From Hypanus sabinus (lineage: Eukaryota), in contig NC_082714.1 in the NCBI RefSeq assembly GCF_030144855.1, forward strand, positions 93,496,001-93,560,000: DNA of 64,000 bases, given 5' to 3'. Below are positions 1 through 11,914 of this stretch, piece after piece. Each line of letters starts with the position of its first letter. The stretch's first letter is position 1. Both the position numbers and the translations under genes were made by a program. The notes beneath the pieces were generated by a model. The model had not been told where the DNA came from and ran no database searches. It worked only from the letters and a program-made list of their open reading frames with translations.

Positions 1-499
1 TCCGGAGTTTGCAGGGTATATTTTAAAATGACAAGTTGTTTCACATTTGTCAGTAAAAAGGTAATAGAAGATAGTAGGGGGCGGGGGTGGTTCGCAATTG
101 TGCTCGAAGTTCGGCTGGTGAACAGGTGGTGGCGGTAGAGAATTATTGATGATCGGAGTCGGTCCTAACCTGCCAACGCGGCGTCGGCAACGCAAAATAG
201 AGTTAGATTTGCATTTCGATGTCGCCTATCAAAATTTCATCAGCACAGCAAGAGCTTTACACTAATTATTTCATTGATGTAGTCATTTCTGTAATATATT
301 AAACAGGGTATCATGTGCCTAACCGGGTGATCTATTTTGCTAAAGTTTTTGTGGGATCGTTGTTAACACTGGTCGCAATGCTCTACTTTCGTTAAGGCTT
401 CAGTGAGATAGGAATTATATTCTTGCACCTTACACATATAAGGTTAAGAGATTCATTTGATATTTAGATACACAGCTGAATGAAGATGAAAAGTTCTCT

Positions 500-700
500 A
501 AGTGAATGTGATCGGAATGATTGGTGGTGCCAGATGGAGCGGTTCGGGTACTATATCTTGGAAACCGCTGCTGCTTGGAATTTTCACGCACAACTGTTAC
601 TAGAGTTTACAGAGAATGATGTGAAAAACAATTAAACAGTTAAAGAAAAACATCCAGTGAGCAGCAGTTCTATGGGCTAAAACATCTTGTTAATGAGAGA
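500..700 (+). mobile_element. Tc1/mariner transposase remnant (5' part)
   Basis: ggaatgattggtggtgccag...ggaattttcacgcacaactgttactagagtttacagagaatg...aaaacatccagtgagcagcagttctatgggc...cttgttaatgagaga resembles fish Tc1-like transposase sequence as I recall it; cut at its 3' side by the L1 starting near 707. Confidence 0.6.
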
Positions 701-706
701 TGTCGT

Positions 707-721
707 GTTCCGGTGACGTCA
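707..721 (+). promoter_or_regulatory. ETS+CRE motif at the L1 5' end (putative internal promoter)
   Basis: GTTCCGGTGACGTCA, identical at the start of both L1 copies (707-721 and 46181-46195). Confidence 0.45.
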
Positions 722-3700
722 TCGTCCAGAATGTCAGCTTGTCAATAGCTCCTGCGGATAAACGCATATTTTGCCCCGTTAATCCATCAAATATAAGATC
801 TTCCGAAAATATCTGAATTGATAAGCGGGGTAAGAATGAGGAAAAAGAATGGAAATTAAAAAAAAAAGAACACTGCGGAGTCTGTAGACAAGAGGGGTGC
901 AGCGAGCGGCTCTCCTACCCGTACGCGTGGTCGGGAGGCTGACGATGGGCCTCGTTCAGGCGATACGCCAAATATGATAAGAATTCTGGAAGAGAGACGG
1001 AGAATCCAAAAAAGATATAAAAGAACAAATAAATGATATAAAGTCAGAACTCTCCAACGTCAATCAAAAATAGTAGAGGCAGAGACATGAATTGAGAAGG
1101 TGGAAGATCGCGTGCACAACATGGAACGGAGATTAAATAAGACTACAATAATATTAAATCAACAAGAAAGTTAATTGCTTGACCAGGAAGGAAGATCACG
1201 GCGGAAAAATATTAGTATATGCAATGTTCCAGAAGGAGCGGAGGGGTTTGTCTATGATGGAATTTGTTGGAAAGTTGCTGTGGGACGCGCAGGGTATACC
1301 TTCGACAATGGGGCTTGAAATTAAGAAGGCGCATCGTGCGCTCGCTCTGCGGCCTACTGGAGACAGAGAAGATAAGCCACGCTGAATACTAATTAGATTC
1401 CTTCGATACAATATCAAGGCGGAGATTTTACGAAGGGCCTGGGGAAAGAAAAGTGTGTTTTTTTTGGAAGGGAAGTTAACATATTTCAAGATTACCCCCC
1501 GGAGGTCCTGCAGAAACTTAAAGAATACTCTGAAGTAAAGCGAATATTAAAGCAAGGAAAGATGAAATTCAAATCTCATGTCCCTGCTAATCTGCGAGTG
1601 TTTTCTGAAGATGGGATCCAACTGTATCAGACAGTGGAAAATGCGACTACAGACATGAAGGCCAGACGTTGCCGTCAGCGTGATCAAACCGAGGGAAAGC
1701 CTGGTTGAGCAGTTATCCCACTGTGCTTGGGAAATAGTGAAAGATTCGAGAAAGCAGGGTACAGGATTTAGCCGAGAGAAGTATACCAGGGAGAGATCGT
1801 GAGTTTTCCGCAGACAGTTTCAGCCTCTAGAGAAGAGCCATAAGGTTTAGCCAACTTCAGAAGTGTTGATAAGTTAAACAGAAGCAAAAATATAGGGTGC
1901 TATACCTATCTCAAGAAATACTTAACAACATGTGGATTTTATATTACTCAATTTTTATTTTTATTCATTCATTCATTCACTACATTTTTCTCCACCTAAA
2001 GGGGAAAAATATATATAGGAGGAATACACTTTACTTACTGGGTAATGGATATAGATTTGTTCACTTACTTTTATGGGTTCCTCAACTGACAGGCAGGAGG
2101 GGCTATCCCCAACAGCTAGACGTTTCCTCTAGCTCAACCCAGGGTCATCTACTAGAGACCCTGGAATCACATCTTCGTTGACCTTTTTATTATTCGGGTT
2201 TCTTGGTTCTTAATTGTTCAGGGAGGAGTTCAGTTAAGTTTTATTCTGCTAATTTCAATGATTTATTGACAGATAATTACACATGGCTATGGACAAAGTA
2301 AAATTATTTTCTTTTAATGTCAATGGGATGTTAATTCCAATGAAACGCGGTAAAATTTTGTCCAAAATGAAAAATAAAAAGCACAAACGCATCAGTATAT
2401 TTACAGCAAACTCACTTCAGTGACATTTAGCATGGAAGTCGAAAGAGAATGGGCTTCAGTAATTTGTTTTTCTCATATAAATCAGGAGAGGAGTTACTTA
2501 TCTCAAACAAGCTAAAATTTTAAAAATTATTCGGAATGGGTGATATATTCTGGGCAGGTATATTCTGGTTAGGGGGAATATAGGCGGAAAATCAGGCACT
2601 CTACTGAATATGTATGCAGCCCCAGAAAGTGATATTAGTTTCTTTCAGAAAATTACGAATATTATGGTAACGGAAATAGGTCATCTGATACATGGGGGAG
2701 AATTAAATTTACAATTACAACCAAAGTTAGACTCTTCCAATAGAAAAACCTATGAAACAAAATCCTTACATTAGAACGTTAATACACTTTTTGACGATGT
2801 TGGCCTAATGATATATGGAGGGACCATTTCCTCAACAAAAGGGATTACTCTCATTAATCTGCCCCCGATTCTGTAAGTACAAGAATAGACTATTTCATGA
2901 CATTTGGTAAAAACAAAGACGAAATAAACACCTGTGGAGCTGGGACAATAGATGTAAGTTACCAGGCACCTATATATATATCTGTATGTATGTATACCCT
3001 ACAACCAAAGAATACTATTTTGAAACAAAATTCAAGTCTACTCAATGATACCTACTTTAAGGAACAAAGTTAAAATGAAATTGGTCTTTATTTAGAATTC
3101 AATGATAATGGAGAAGTTTCACCTCTCATTCTATGCGTTATTTATAGCGGAAATAGAGGGAAAATTATAGCGATATCTTCATATAAGAAAAAAAAAGAAT
3201 AAAACATTAGAGGAATTACAAAATAGGCTGAAGGAACTAGAGAAAAAACAAATTAAATTAGGCACAGGATACATTAGAGGGAATTAAAAACAGATTGAAA
3301 TTAATAGTTTAGCTACGCAAGAAATCAGGAAAAAATTAATGCTCTGAAACAGAGACATTTTGCAAGTTGATATAAGTCTATGAAAATACTTGCGTTGAAA
3401 CTGAAAAAAAGATAGTAGATAATACAATTCATAGAATTAGGGATGCAAGAACAAAAATTATATAAAAAATAAGCTAAGTGAAATTCAAGAAGCTTTTGAA
3501 ATGTTTTACGAAACTCTAGATTCCAAAATTTCAGAGGGAAGCATAACCCAAACTGGCACTTTCCTGAATTCTTAGAATTACCCACTTTAAGCGAAGAACA
3601 AAATAGAACGATGACTGCTGACATAACTGAAGTTGAACTAAAAGCTGCAATTAGTAGTCTTAAATTAAAAAAGTCACCAGGATCAGAGGGTATTAAGCAG

Positions 3701-6230
3701 AGTGGTACAAGTAATTTTAAAATCAGTTAATTCTTGTCTTACTCCCCATACTGAATTGGGCTCTAAAAAAGGCACAAATGCAACCCAGTTGGAAAGAAGC
3801 GATAATCTCAGCTATACCGTAAGAAGGCAAGGATATAATAGAATGTGGGTCATTTAGACAAATATCCGTTCCTAATGTAAATTATAGATTATTTATCTCC
3901 ATCATGGCAAACGAATGGAAGAGTTTCTACCCATACTGATACATAACGATCAGACAGGTTTTATACAAGGCCAAGCACAAGACAATATTTGAAGGGCACT
4001 TCACATTAATCGATATTTTACGAAAACAAAATAACATCGATGCAGAATGATAAGAGCCGACACTGAAAAGGCATTTGATTCGGTTAATTAGAATCTTCTT
4101 TACCGAGTTTTACATAGATTTGGTTTCCATGACACAATTGTTAAAACTATACAGGCAATATATGACAACCCTACTGCTAGTATTAAAATCAATGGATATT
4201 TATCAAACAGTTTTACCCTACCCTTGCATTGTATCTGGAACCATTAACTCAATACATCAGAAAAAAATGAAGATACGAGGGGAATTAGTATTACAGGGAC
4301 AGAGCATAAATTGGCCTGTTATGCAGATGACATTTAGATCTATCTAGGGCAACCAACATACACTTTACCTAAATTGATTAATCCTTTGAACAATATGGTC
4401 AATTATCAGGATACAAGATCAACACAGATAAAACCCAATTACTTTCATATAACTATAGCCCATCAAGACAAATTGTATGTACATATCCCTGGGCATGGCA
4501 GAGTTTTTCAAATATTTGGGCATCATTATGCCAAACGATTCGGCAAAAATATAAGAATGCAATTATCAGCCTATATATAAAAATAAGGAAGATATAACAG
4601 GATGGAACGTATTCCTTTTGTTTAGTCTCAGTTTAAGGATTGAATCTATTAAAATGAATATACAGCCCAGACTATTATATGTCATTCAGACCTTACCAAT
4701 AGAGATTAATCAAAATCAATTCAATAAATTGAACAAAAATATCAAGACCTATCTTTGGCAAGGTAAAAGGAGAAGTGTTCGCCTCAAAACTTTGCAATTG
4801 TCTAAGGAAAAAGGAGAATGGGGCTTAGCTTCTCTTCGAGATTATTATCTTTCAGCACAGCTGAGAGCTGTAATATGTTGGTGCAAACCATCATATGATG
4901 CTCGATGGAAAAACACTGAGGAGGGGATACTTCCCATCCCCATATAGGCAGTTTTGGGCGATAACAACCTACAAAAGTAAATAAATACTATTGATAACCC
5001 TTGGGTGAAATGGACTCTTAAAATATGGAAAACTATTATAAAGGAATATAATCTAGCGGGAGAAATTGCAATTCCTAAATGGTGTGCATATGACTCGGAT
5101 TTTACGCCGAATAAACTGGATGCTAGGTTTAAGAACTGGACAGCTAAATGTATAACAGTTCTTTGCAGTATAATAATAGAAGGAATACTGTTCAGTTTTG
5201 AAATGCTTGAAGAGAAACACTTATTAGAAAAACAAGAGTTTTATCGGTATTTACAGATGAGACATTAGGACGATTAAAAATGAAACCAAGGCAAGTACAT
5301 GTTTTATAGAGCTATCTAGAAAAGCATATTATTGAGATAACGGTATTAAAATCATTTCAAGCTTGTATAAGGGTTTGTCAAATCTTAAAACGTGTTCGAT
5401 TTCATACATTAAAACAAAATGGGAGAAGGCAGGAGGGATAATTATATTTGAGGAAGAATGGACAATAATATGAAGGTATCAATGGAAGTGAACCAGTTCA
5501 CATAAAGGGAGGGAGTTCGGATGGAAAAATTTGATAAGGTACTTCATTACACCCCCTCAAAAACCCATTATGATAGTAACCTCTCTGTTTGCTGGAGAAA
5601 TTGTGGAAATCAAAATACAAACCATTATCATATTTTCTGGGAATGCCTCTTTATCAAAGACTATTGGAGCGGGATACACAATGCCCTACAAGGCATCTTT
5701 AAATGTGAAATACCCTTAGAAAGTAAGAGCATGTATGTTTGGTATATACCTCATGAATGGTTGAAAAGGGATAAATATTTAATTAATATACTGCTGGTGA
5801 CTGGTAAAAAGACTCTTACTGGGAAATGGTTATAACGGGAGAGCCCAACCTTAAATGCATGAATGGAAATTAGAATGGACATTTACAAAATGGAGAAGTT
5901 AACAGCATCTATTAACCATAAATCGGAACAATTTGATTCATAATGGTAGAAATGATTTAACTACGAAACAACGCATAGGCCTGATCTTATCTTCACAAAT
6001 CAATATTTAGTAAAAAAAATGATCTCTCTGTACTTGTATATAGATTTCTCCTTTCGCGTGTCCTTTCCTTCCTCTCTTTTCTGTAAGTGTATACCTCAGA
6101 TAAATATTATGTAGAGATTTGTGGCATAGATGACTGCATGATATATACGAAAAACATTTGAAATACATCTTATGGAAATGTTTGTTTGATGATGAACTTC
6201 AATAAAAAAAAACAAATTTCAAGAAAAAAT
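707..6230 (+). mobile_element. Near full-length, degenerate L1-clade LINE (copy 1)
   Basis: ORF1 fragments (LEIKKAHRAL, 1179-1385). ORF2 has an APE-like start near 2305, RT fragments (4075-4947) and a C-terminal CWRNCG...HIFWEC motif (5521-5835). AATAAA at 6201 followed by an A-rich tail. Many stops and frameshifts. Homologous to 46181-55810. Confidence 0.9.
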
Positions 6231-6289
6231 AAGAGAGATCCAACACGGATACATAGATCCGAAGACAAGTAGTAGATATGTTTAGCAAC

Positions 6290-6480
6290 CTACCAGAGGT
6301 AGTGGAAGAGGGATGTAAAACTGTGCAGTCTGAAAGGCATCCGGGCAGTAAGACGAACATTAAAATTTCTTGTTGACACGAGTCAAATACATTCAAATGG
6401 GTTGAGCGCAGTTAGGCAACATGGCCGGCATGGTCAATTTGGGCAGAAAGGTCCTTTTCTGTGCTGTATAACTCTGTAAG
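6290..6480 (+). mobile_element. Short CR1 3'-end fragment
   Basis: ccagaggtagtggaagaggg... and ...gggcagaaaggtccttttctgtgctgtataactctgtaag resemble the 3' ends of the other CR1 copies in the window. Confidence 0.5.
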
Positions 6481-7399
6481 TCTAAATGTCGCGGTTGTCA
6501 GGGACTGGAAATTAGTGTCATAGTTGGTTGCCAGTGAGGCTCAACATGCACCTTTCCCGGGGCTTCTAATAAATATTATTTATTGTAGGGACTGAAATGT
6601 AAAGACAAAATATGTTTTAAATTGGTAACAACGAATAAAACTAAGGATTAATGATATCTTTCGCAGGTTAATGACATGCAATTACAACAAGCTGTGAGGG
6701 AGATAATGTTGTCTTTTTCTAAGGAGTCTGAGGAAGGGACATTTTGGCTGGATGACAATTGTTCAGTAAATGATACAGGTGTGTATTCGCATCGAATAGC
6801 CCAAGGCTGATCTTTCTCTGTGGAGGAAAGAACTGACTGGTAATGGTAGACTAGGAGAGGGAAACCAAACAAGTTCGGGGAACTGAAAGGTGAATACACC
6901 GAAAGACAAGACACTGATTGGACTACAAAGAGGACGTAAAATCTCTTTCCGCTAGATGGGCGATGGGGCATAGGATGAACAACGATGACGTGACCCAATT
7001 CAGTCAGGGACTGTCAATATTCCCTCCAAGTGCCACGTGCATTTTTCGTCGCCGACCATAGTCCACGACAGGATGGATAGATGTTTGTGAACAACGTGAT
7101 TCAGCGCTGCGGATATCGGCTGAGTAGTGCTGGGGATATGACCATTTCAGATCATGGATAACAGCGAAGCAGGTGCGCGAGGTCCATGCGTAATTTTACA
7201 TATTCCCTTATGTGTCTTGTACTGAAACATTTATCGGGTTCCTCAGATTATGCTGTGGGTTGGTTCAGAGATGGAGAGAGATACTGATCCCATGATCACC
7301 CTCTCAAACCCTCATGCTCCTCAATAAGTTTTCTGTTGCCTCCTATCAAAGTTACACATTTATTATGACGTAGCTGAGAGAGTAATCATCTCCTCCACC

Positions 7400-7400
7400 C

Positions 7401-7456
<56 letters not shown>

Positions 7457-7770
7457 GCACAGACTCCTTCCCCTCGCTCCTCGCAGATTTCTCGCTCTTC
7501 CCCCTCCCTCCTCTCTCTCTGGCTTTCTCTGCTGCCTCTATCTCACTCTCTCCCCTCTTTCCGTCCCTCCTCTCTGTTTATCCCCATCTCTCACACCCAC
7601 TCTCTCCGCTCATATTCTTATCTTACTCATTCTGCCTTACTTGCCACTGATTTTTCTTTCACTCCATCTCTCTCCCTCCTCGCTCTCACCGTCTCACCCT
7701 CTGTTTTTTCTGTTTCCCATAACTCATTCTACCTCTCTCTTTCCTTGCTCCTTTCTCTCCCTGTTCATCG
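7400..7770. repeat. (CT)n(CA)n microsatellite followed by a pyrimidine-rich low-complexity tract
   Basis: Direct inspection. Confidence 0.95.
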
Positions 7771-7798
7771 CTTGTTACAACTAATTCTAATTGTGTAA

Positions 7799-7826
7799 CG
7801 TTTTTAAGATTTAGTTTTTGAATGTG
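7799..7826 (-). other. Degenerate 12-bp-spacer RSS candidate
   Basis: Heptamer CACATTC (5/7 vs CACAGTG), exactly 12 nt spacer, nonamer TTAAAAACG (6/9 vs ACAAAAACC), directly after the decayed V 3' end. Confidence 0.4.
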
Positions 7827-7844
7827 CTTCTTCCCAGTATTGCA

Positions 7845-10286
7845 GATTGGAATTCCCATACTGTTAAAGGTCTAGATGGGTTAGAGTTGAGTTCGTAAAA
7901 TGAGTTCAGGGAAGTTTTCTAAATTATATATAGATGTACCAACTAGGGAGGATGCAATATTAGATCTCCTATTAGAAAAAGATTTAGGGCAGGTGACGAA
8001 AGTGTGTGTAGGGGAATAATTTGGTTCCAGTGATCATAACGTCATTAGTTTCAACTTGATCATGGATAAAGATAGATCTGGTCTTCGGATTGAAGTTCTA
8101 AACTGGAAAAAGGCCAAATTTGAAAAAAATGAAAAAGGATCTAAAAAGCGTAGATTGGGACAGGTTGTTCTCTGGCAAGGATGTGATTGGTAAGTGGGAG
8201 GCCTTCAAAGCAGAAATTTTGAGAGTGCAGATTTTGTATGTTCCTGTCAGGGTAAAAGGCAACATGAATAAGAATAAGGAACCTTGGTTCTCGAGGGGTA
8301 TTGGAACTCTGACAAAGAAGAAGAGAGAGATGTATGACATGTATAGGCAACAGGGAGGAAATAAGATGCTTGAGGAGTATAAAAAGAGTAAGAAAATGCT
8401 TAAAAAAGGAATAAGGAGGGCAAAAAGACATGAGGTTGCTTTGGCAGTCAGGGTGAAGGATAATCCTAAGAGCTTCTACAGGTATGTTAAGAGCAAAAGG
8501 ATAGTAAGGAATACAATTGGTCCTCTTGAAGATCAGAGTGGTCGGCAATGTATGGAACCGAAAGAAATGGGACAGATATTAAATGGGTTTTTTGCATCTG
8601 TATGTACTAAGAAAACTGGAATGGAGTCTATGGAAACAAGGCAAACAAGTAGGTCATGGAAATCATACAGATTAAAGAGGAGGGGGTGCTTGCTGTCTTG
8701 AGGCAAATCTGTAGATAAATCCCCAGGACCTGACAGGGTATTCCCTCGGACCTTGAAGGAGACTAGTGTTGAAATTGCAGGGGCCCTGGCAGAAATTTTT
8801 ATAATGTCGATATCCACGGGTCAGGTGCCGGAGGATTGGAGGATAGCTCATGTAGTTCCGTTGTTTAAAAAAGGCTCAAAAAGTAAGCCGGGAAATTATA
8901 GGCCGGCAATTTTGACATCGGTGGTAGGTAAATTATTGGAAGGAATATTAAGAGATAGGATCTACAAGTATTTGGAAAGACAGGGACTTATTAGAAAAAA
9001 GTCAGAATGGCTTTGTGTGTGGTAGGTCTTGTTTATCCAATCTATTACAGCTTTCGAGGAATTTACCAGGAAAGCGGATGAAGGGAAAGCAGTGGATGCT
9101 GTCTACATGAACTTCAGTAAGGACTTTGACAAAGTTCCGTATGGGAGGTTAGTTAGGAAGATTCAGTCGCTCGGTATACATGGAGAGGTAGTAAATTGAA
9201 TTAGACATTAGCTCACTGGAAGAAGCCAGAGAGTGGTAGTGGAGGATTGCTACTCTGAGTGGAAGCCTGTGACTAATGGTGTTCCCCAATGAGCAGTGCT
9301 GGGTCCATTGTTATTTGTCATCTATATCAATGATTTGCATGACAATGTGGCAAATTGGATCAGCAAATTTACTGATGATACACAGATTGGAGTTGTAGTG
9401 GACAGTGAGGAAGGTTTTCAAAGCTTGTAGAGGGATTTGGACCAGTTGGAGGAAAGGGCTGAAAAATGGCAGAGGGAGTTCAATGCGGACAAGTGTGAGG
9501 TATTGCACTTCGGAAGGTCAAACCAAGGTAGAACATACAAGGTAAATGGTTGGACACTGAGGAGTGCAGTAGTGCAGAGGGAACTGGGAGTACAGAAACA
9601 TAATTCCTTAAAAGTTGCGTCACAGGTGGATAGGGTCATAACGACAGCTTTTGGTACATTGGCCATTATAAATCAAAGTATTCAGTATAAGAGTTGGGAT
9701 GTAATGGTGAGGTTGTATAAGACATTGGTGAGACCGAATGTGGAGTATTGTGTTCAGTTTTGGTCACCTAATTACAGGAAAGATATTACTAAGTTTGAGA
9801 GAGTGCAGAGAAGCTTTACAAGGATGTTGCTGGGACTTGAGAAACTGAGTTATCAAGAAAGGTTGAATACGTTAGGACTTTATTCCCTGGAGCGTAGGAG
9901 AATGAGGGGTGATTTGATAGAGGTATTGAAAATTATGATGGGTTATAGATAGAGTGAATGCAAACAGGCCTTTTTCACTGAGGCTAGGGGAAAAAAAAAG
10001 AAGTCATGGGTTAAGGGTGAAGGGGGAAAAGTTTCAAGCGAACATTGGGGTGTGGGATGCTTCACGCAAAGAATAATGGGAGTGTGGAATGAGCTGCCAG
10101 ATGAAGTCGTGAATGCGGGCTCACTTTTGATATTTAAGAAAAACTTGGACAGGTATGTGGATGAGAAGGGTTTGGAGTTCTATGTCCCAGGTGCAGGTCA
10201 GTAGGACTCGGCAAAAAATGGTTCGGCATAGCCAAGAGGGCCAAAAGGCATGTTTCCGTGCTGTAATGTTCCATGGTTCTATGGTT
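7845..10286 (+). mobile_element. 5'-truncated CR1 LINE (ORF2 fragments)
   Basis: ORF fragments 8120-8701, 8753-9025 and 9437-9952 with CR1 RT motifs (KGSKSKPGNYRP, EYCVQFWSP); TTCTATGG-type tail near 10270-10286. Confidence 0.92.
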
Positions 10287-10823
10287 TCTCCGATTGAGAG
10301 AATTTTTAAAATGATTAGTCGGATATCACATCAACACCCCCCCCCCCCCCACCGTCCCGGGACGTAGAGACCGCGCCACCTGCACCACTTCATAAACAGG
10401 ACAGAAACAGCAGAAATTTGTGTAACTGTCGCTAAATAAAGGCTGTGCAAACCCGTCCCGATCCCCATGGGGAAATGACGCGGTCCGCAGCTGCATCATT
10501 GCTGCTCACAACACAGACAGTTCGACCCTTTTCATCTGTACATCCCATCCTCGACTCTGGTGAGCGGCCAAACAAAATCATGGGGCCCTGGGAAAGAAAA
10601 TTGAAAGACCCTGACTGATTGAGGGAGACGTTAACTGGACTGACCAGTGTCCTGCGTACAGGAGAATTATCATATCCCATGTTATGAACGACATGTATTC
10701 TAAATTTAATCACCATCTCCAATTATCTAATGAGTAGTAATCGATAGAACAGGCCTTACGCAACCCTAACTAAAGGATATTAAACAATAACATTTCACAA
10801 ATTAAAAGAAGCCAATGTTTCAC

Positions 10824-10831
10824 ATTTGCAT
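10824..10831 (-). promoter_or_regulatory. Ig-type octamer (ATGCAAAT on -)
   Basis: Perfect octamer 130 bp upstream of the ATG (10694) of the putative V relic. Confidence 0.45.
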
Positions 10832-11139
10832 AATTAGATAAATGTTGATACCCTGTATCACATTGAGTCGAACTTTTGCTTGTATGAAAGATCCTCTCAT
10901 CTAGTACACAGTACCGAAAAGATCGTGGCAGAGTGAAGGCTGAGTGGTGATAAACTAAATCCTGGACAAGAGAAGGGAGATTTGATGTCCTACATGTGGC
11001 TCACTGTTAATCACATCCTTCATCAGAGTGCGGATCAGCATCAGAATCATGAATAATATCAGAGCCTTATGTCGTTAAATTTGCTGATTGTATTCCAGAG
11101 GCTGAGGACCTGATAAAGAAAAACATGGAATGCCAGAAA

Positions 11140-11440
11140 GTAATAGAGCACCACAAAATCAAATCAGACCTTTCGGTCCATCTAATCTGTTCCGAATTAT
11201 TAATATGGTTATTCCCGTCATTCTGCACCCGGACCAAATGCCTTCATACCTCCAGATCCAAATTTCTCATAAATTTTGAAATCGATCCTCACCCATCACA
11301 TTCGCTGGTAACTCTTTCTACACTCTCACCATCCTTTGAGTGAAGACGTTTCCCCCAATGTTCCCTTTAAACATTCCACCTTTTACCCTTATGTCATATC
11401 TCTAGTTGTAGTCTCACCCAATATCAGTGCAAAAATAGCC
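11140..11440 (-). mobile_element. CR1 3'-end fragment
   Basis: Reverse complement resembles the CR1 3' UTR and tail seen in other copies. Confidence 0.55.
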
Positions 11441-11734
11441 TGATAATATTTTACTCTTGCTGGAAAAGCGTAGTAGGAGTCTTAAAGAACCAATACTGCT
11501 ATATTAAGAATGTAAGAAAAAGTTTAAAGCGGAATGGTTAATTTGTATCAATTTCACACTGAGAATGGAAACACCAGAAAATAAACAAATAAAGCGTCAG
11601 TGAAATTATACACATGTATGAGAAGGAAAGGAATTCATCCGGATATGCATCGGAACGACAGGCCGCCGTGACACTCTATCACACTATGCAGGCGGCAAAA
11701 TGAAGTAAGTGTTTTTGACCAAGGAAAGACACCG

Positions 11735-11887
11735 NNNNNNNNNNNNNNNNNNNNNNNNNNNNNNNNNNNNNNNNNNNNNNNNNNNNNNNNNNNNNNNNNN
11801 NNNNNNNNNNNNNNNNNNNNNNNNNNNNNNNNNNNNNNNNNNNNNNNNNNNNNNNNNNNNNNNNNNNNNNNNNNNNNNNNNNNNNNN
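11735..11887. other. Assembly gap
   Basis: Run of N. Confidence 1.
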
Positions 11888-11914
11888 GATGCCGCATTCT
11901 ATTATTAAGACCAC

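Larger units (their letters stand above)
7799..10694 (-). pseudogene. Putative heavily decayed Ig/TCR-type V gene segment, interrupted by a CR1
   Basis: Leader-like exon 10694-10645 (MSFITWDMIILLYAGH), GT intron ending ttttctttcccAG (10644-10588). With small indel repairs FR1 reads DFVxxxSPESRMGCTDEKVELSCVVSS (Cys at position 23). Later KFLLFLSCL*SG, STSRD, and IILKILSIGE|SAI across the CR1. Then CACATTC-12 bp-TTAAAAACG (7826-7799). Confidence 0.5.

Noticed and set aside
6668-6810. + strand DTGVYS resembling the DxxxYxC V-set motif
   Set aside because: No Cys, and no B-strand Cys or C-strand Trp at suitable spacing.
7010-7071. Alternative J candidate on - (CACGTG followed by LGG..ILTV)
   Set aside because: Heptamer needs a deletion, no nonamer at 23 bp, and the reading is frameshifted.
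7186-7287. + strand reading LMCLV...YAVGWFRDG resembling the Ig Cys...Trp pattern
   Set aside because: No acceptor or A strand upstream, a stop right after, and no downstream E/F strand motif; likely chance.
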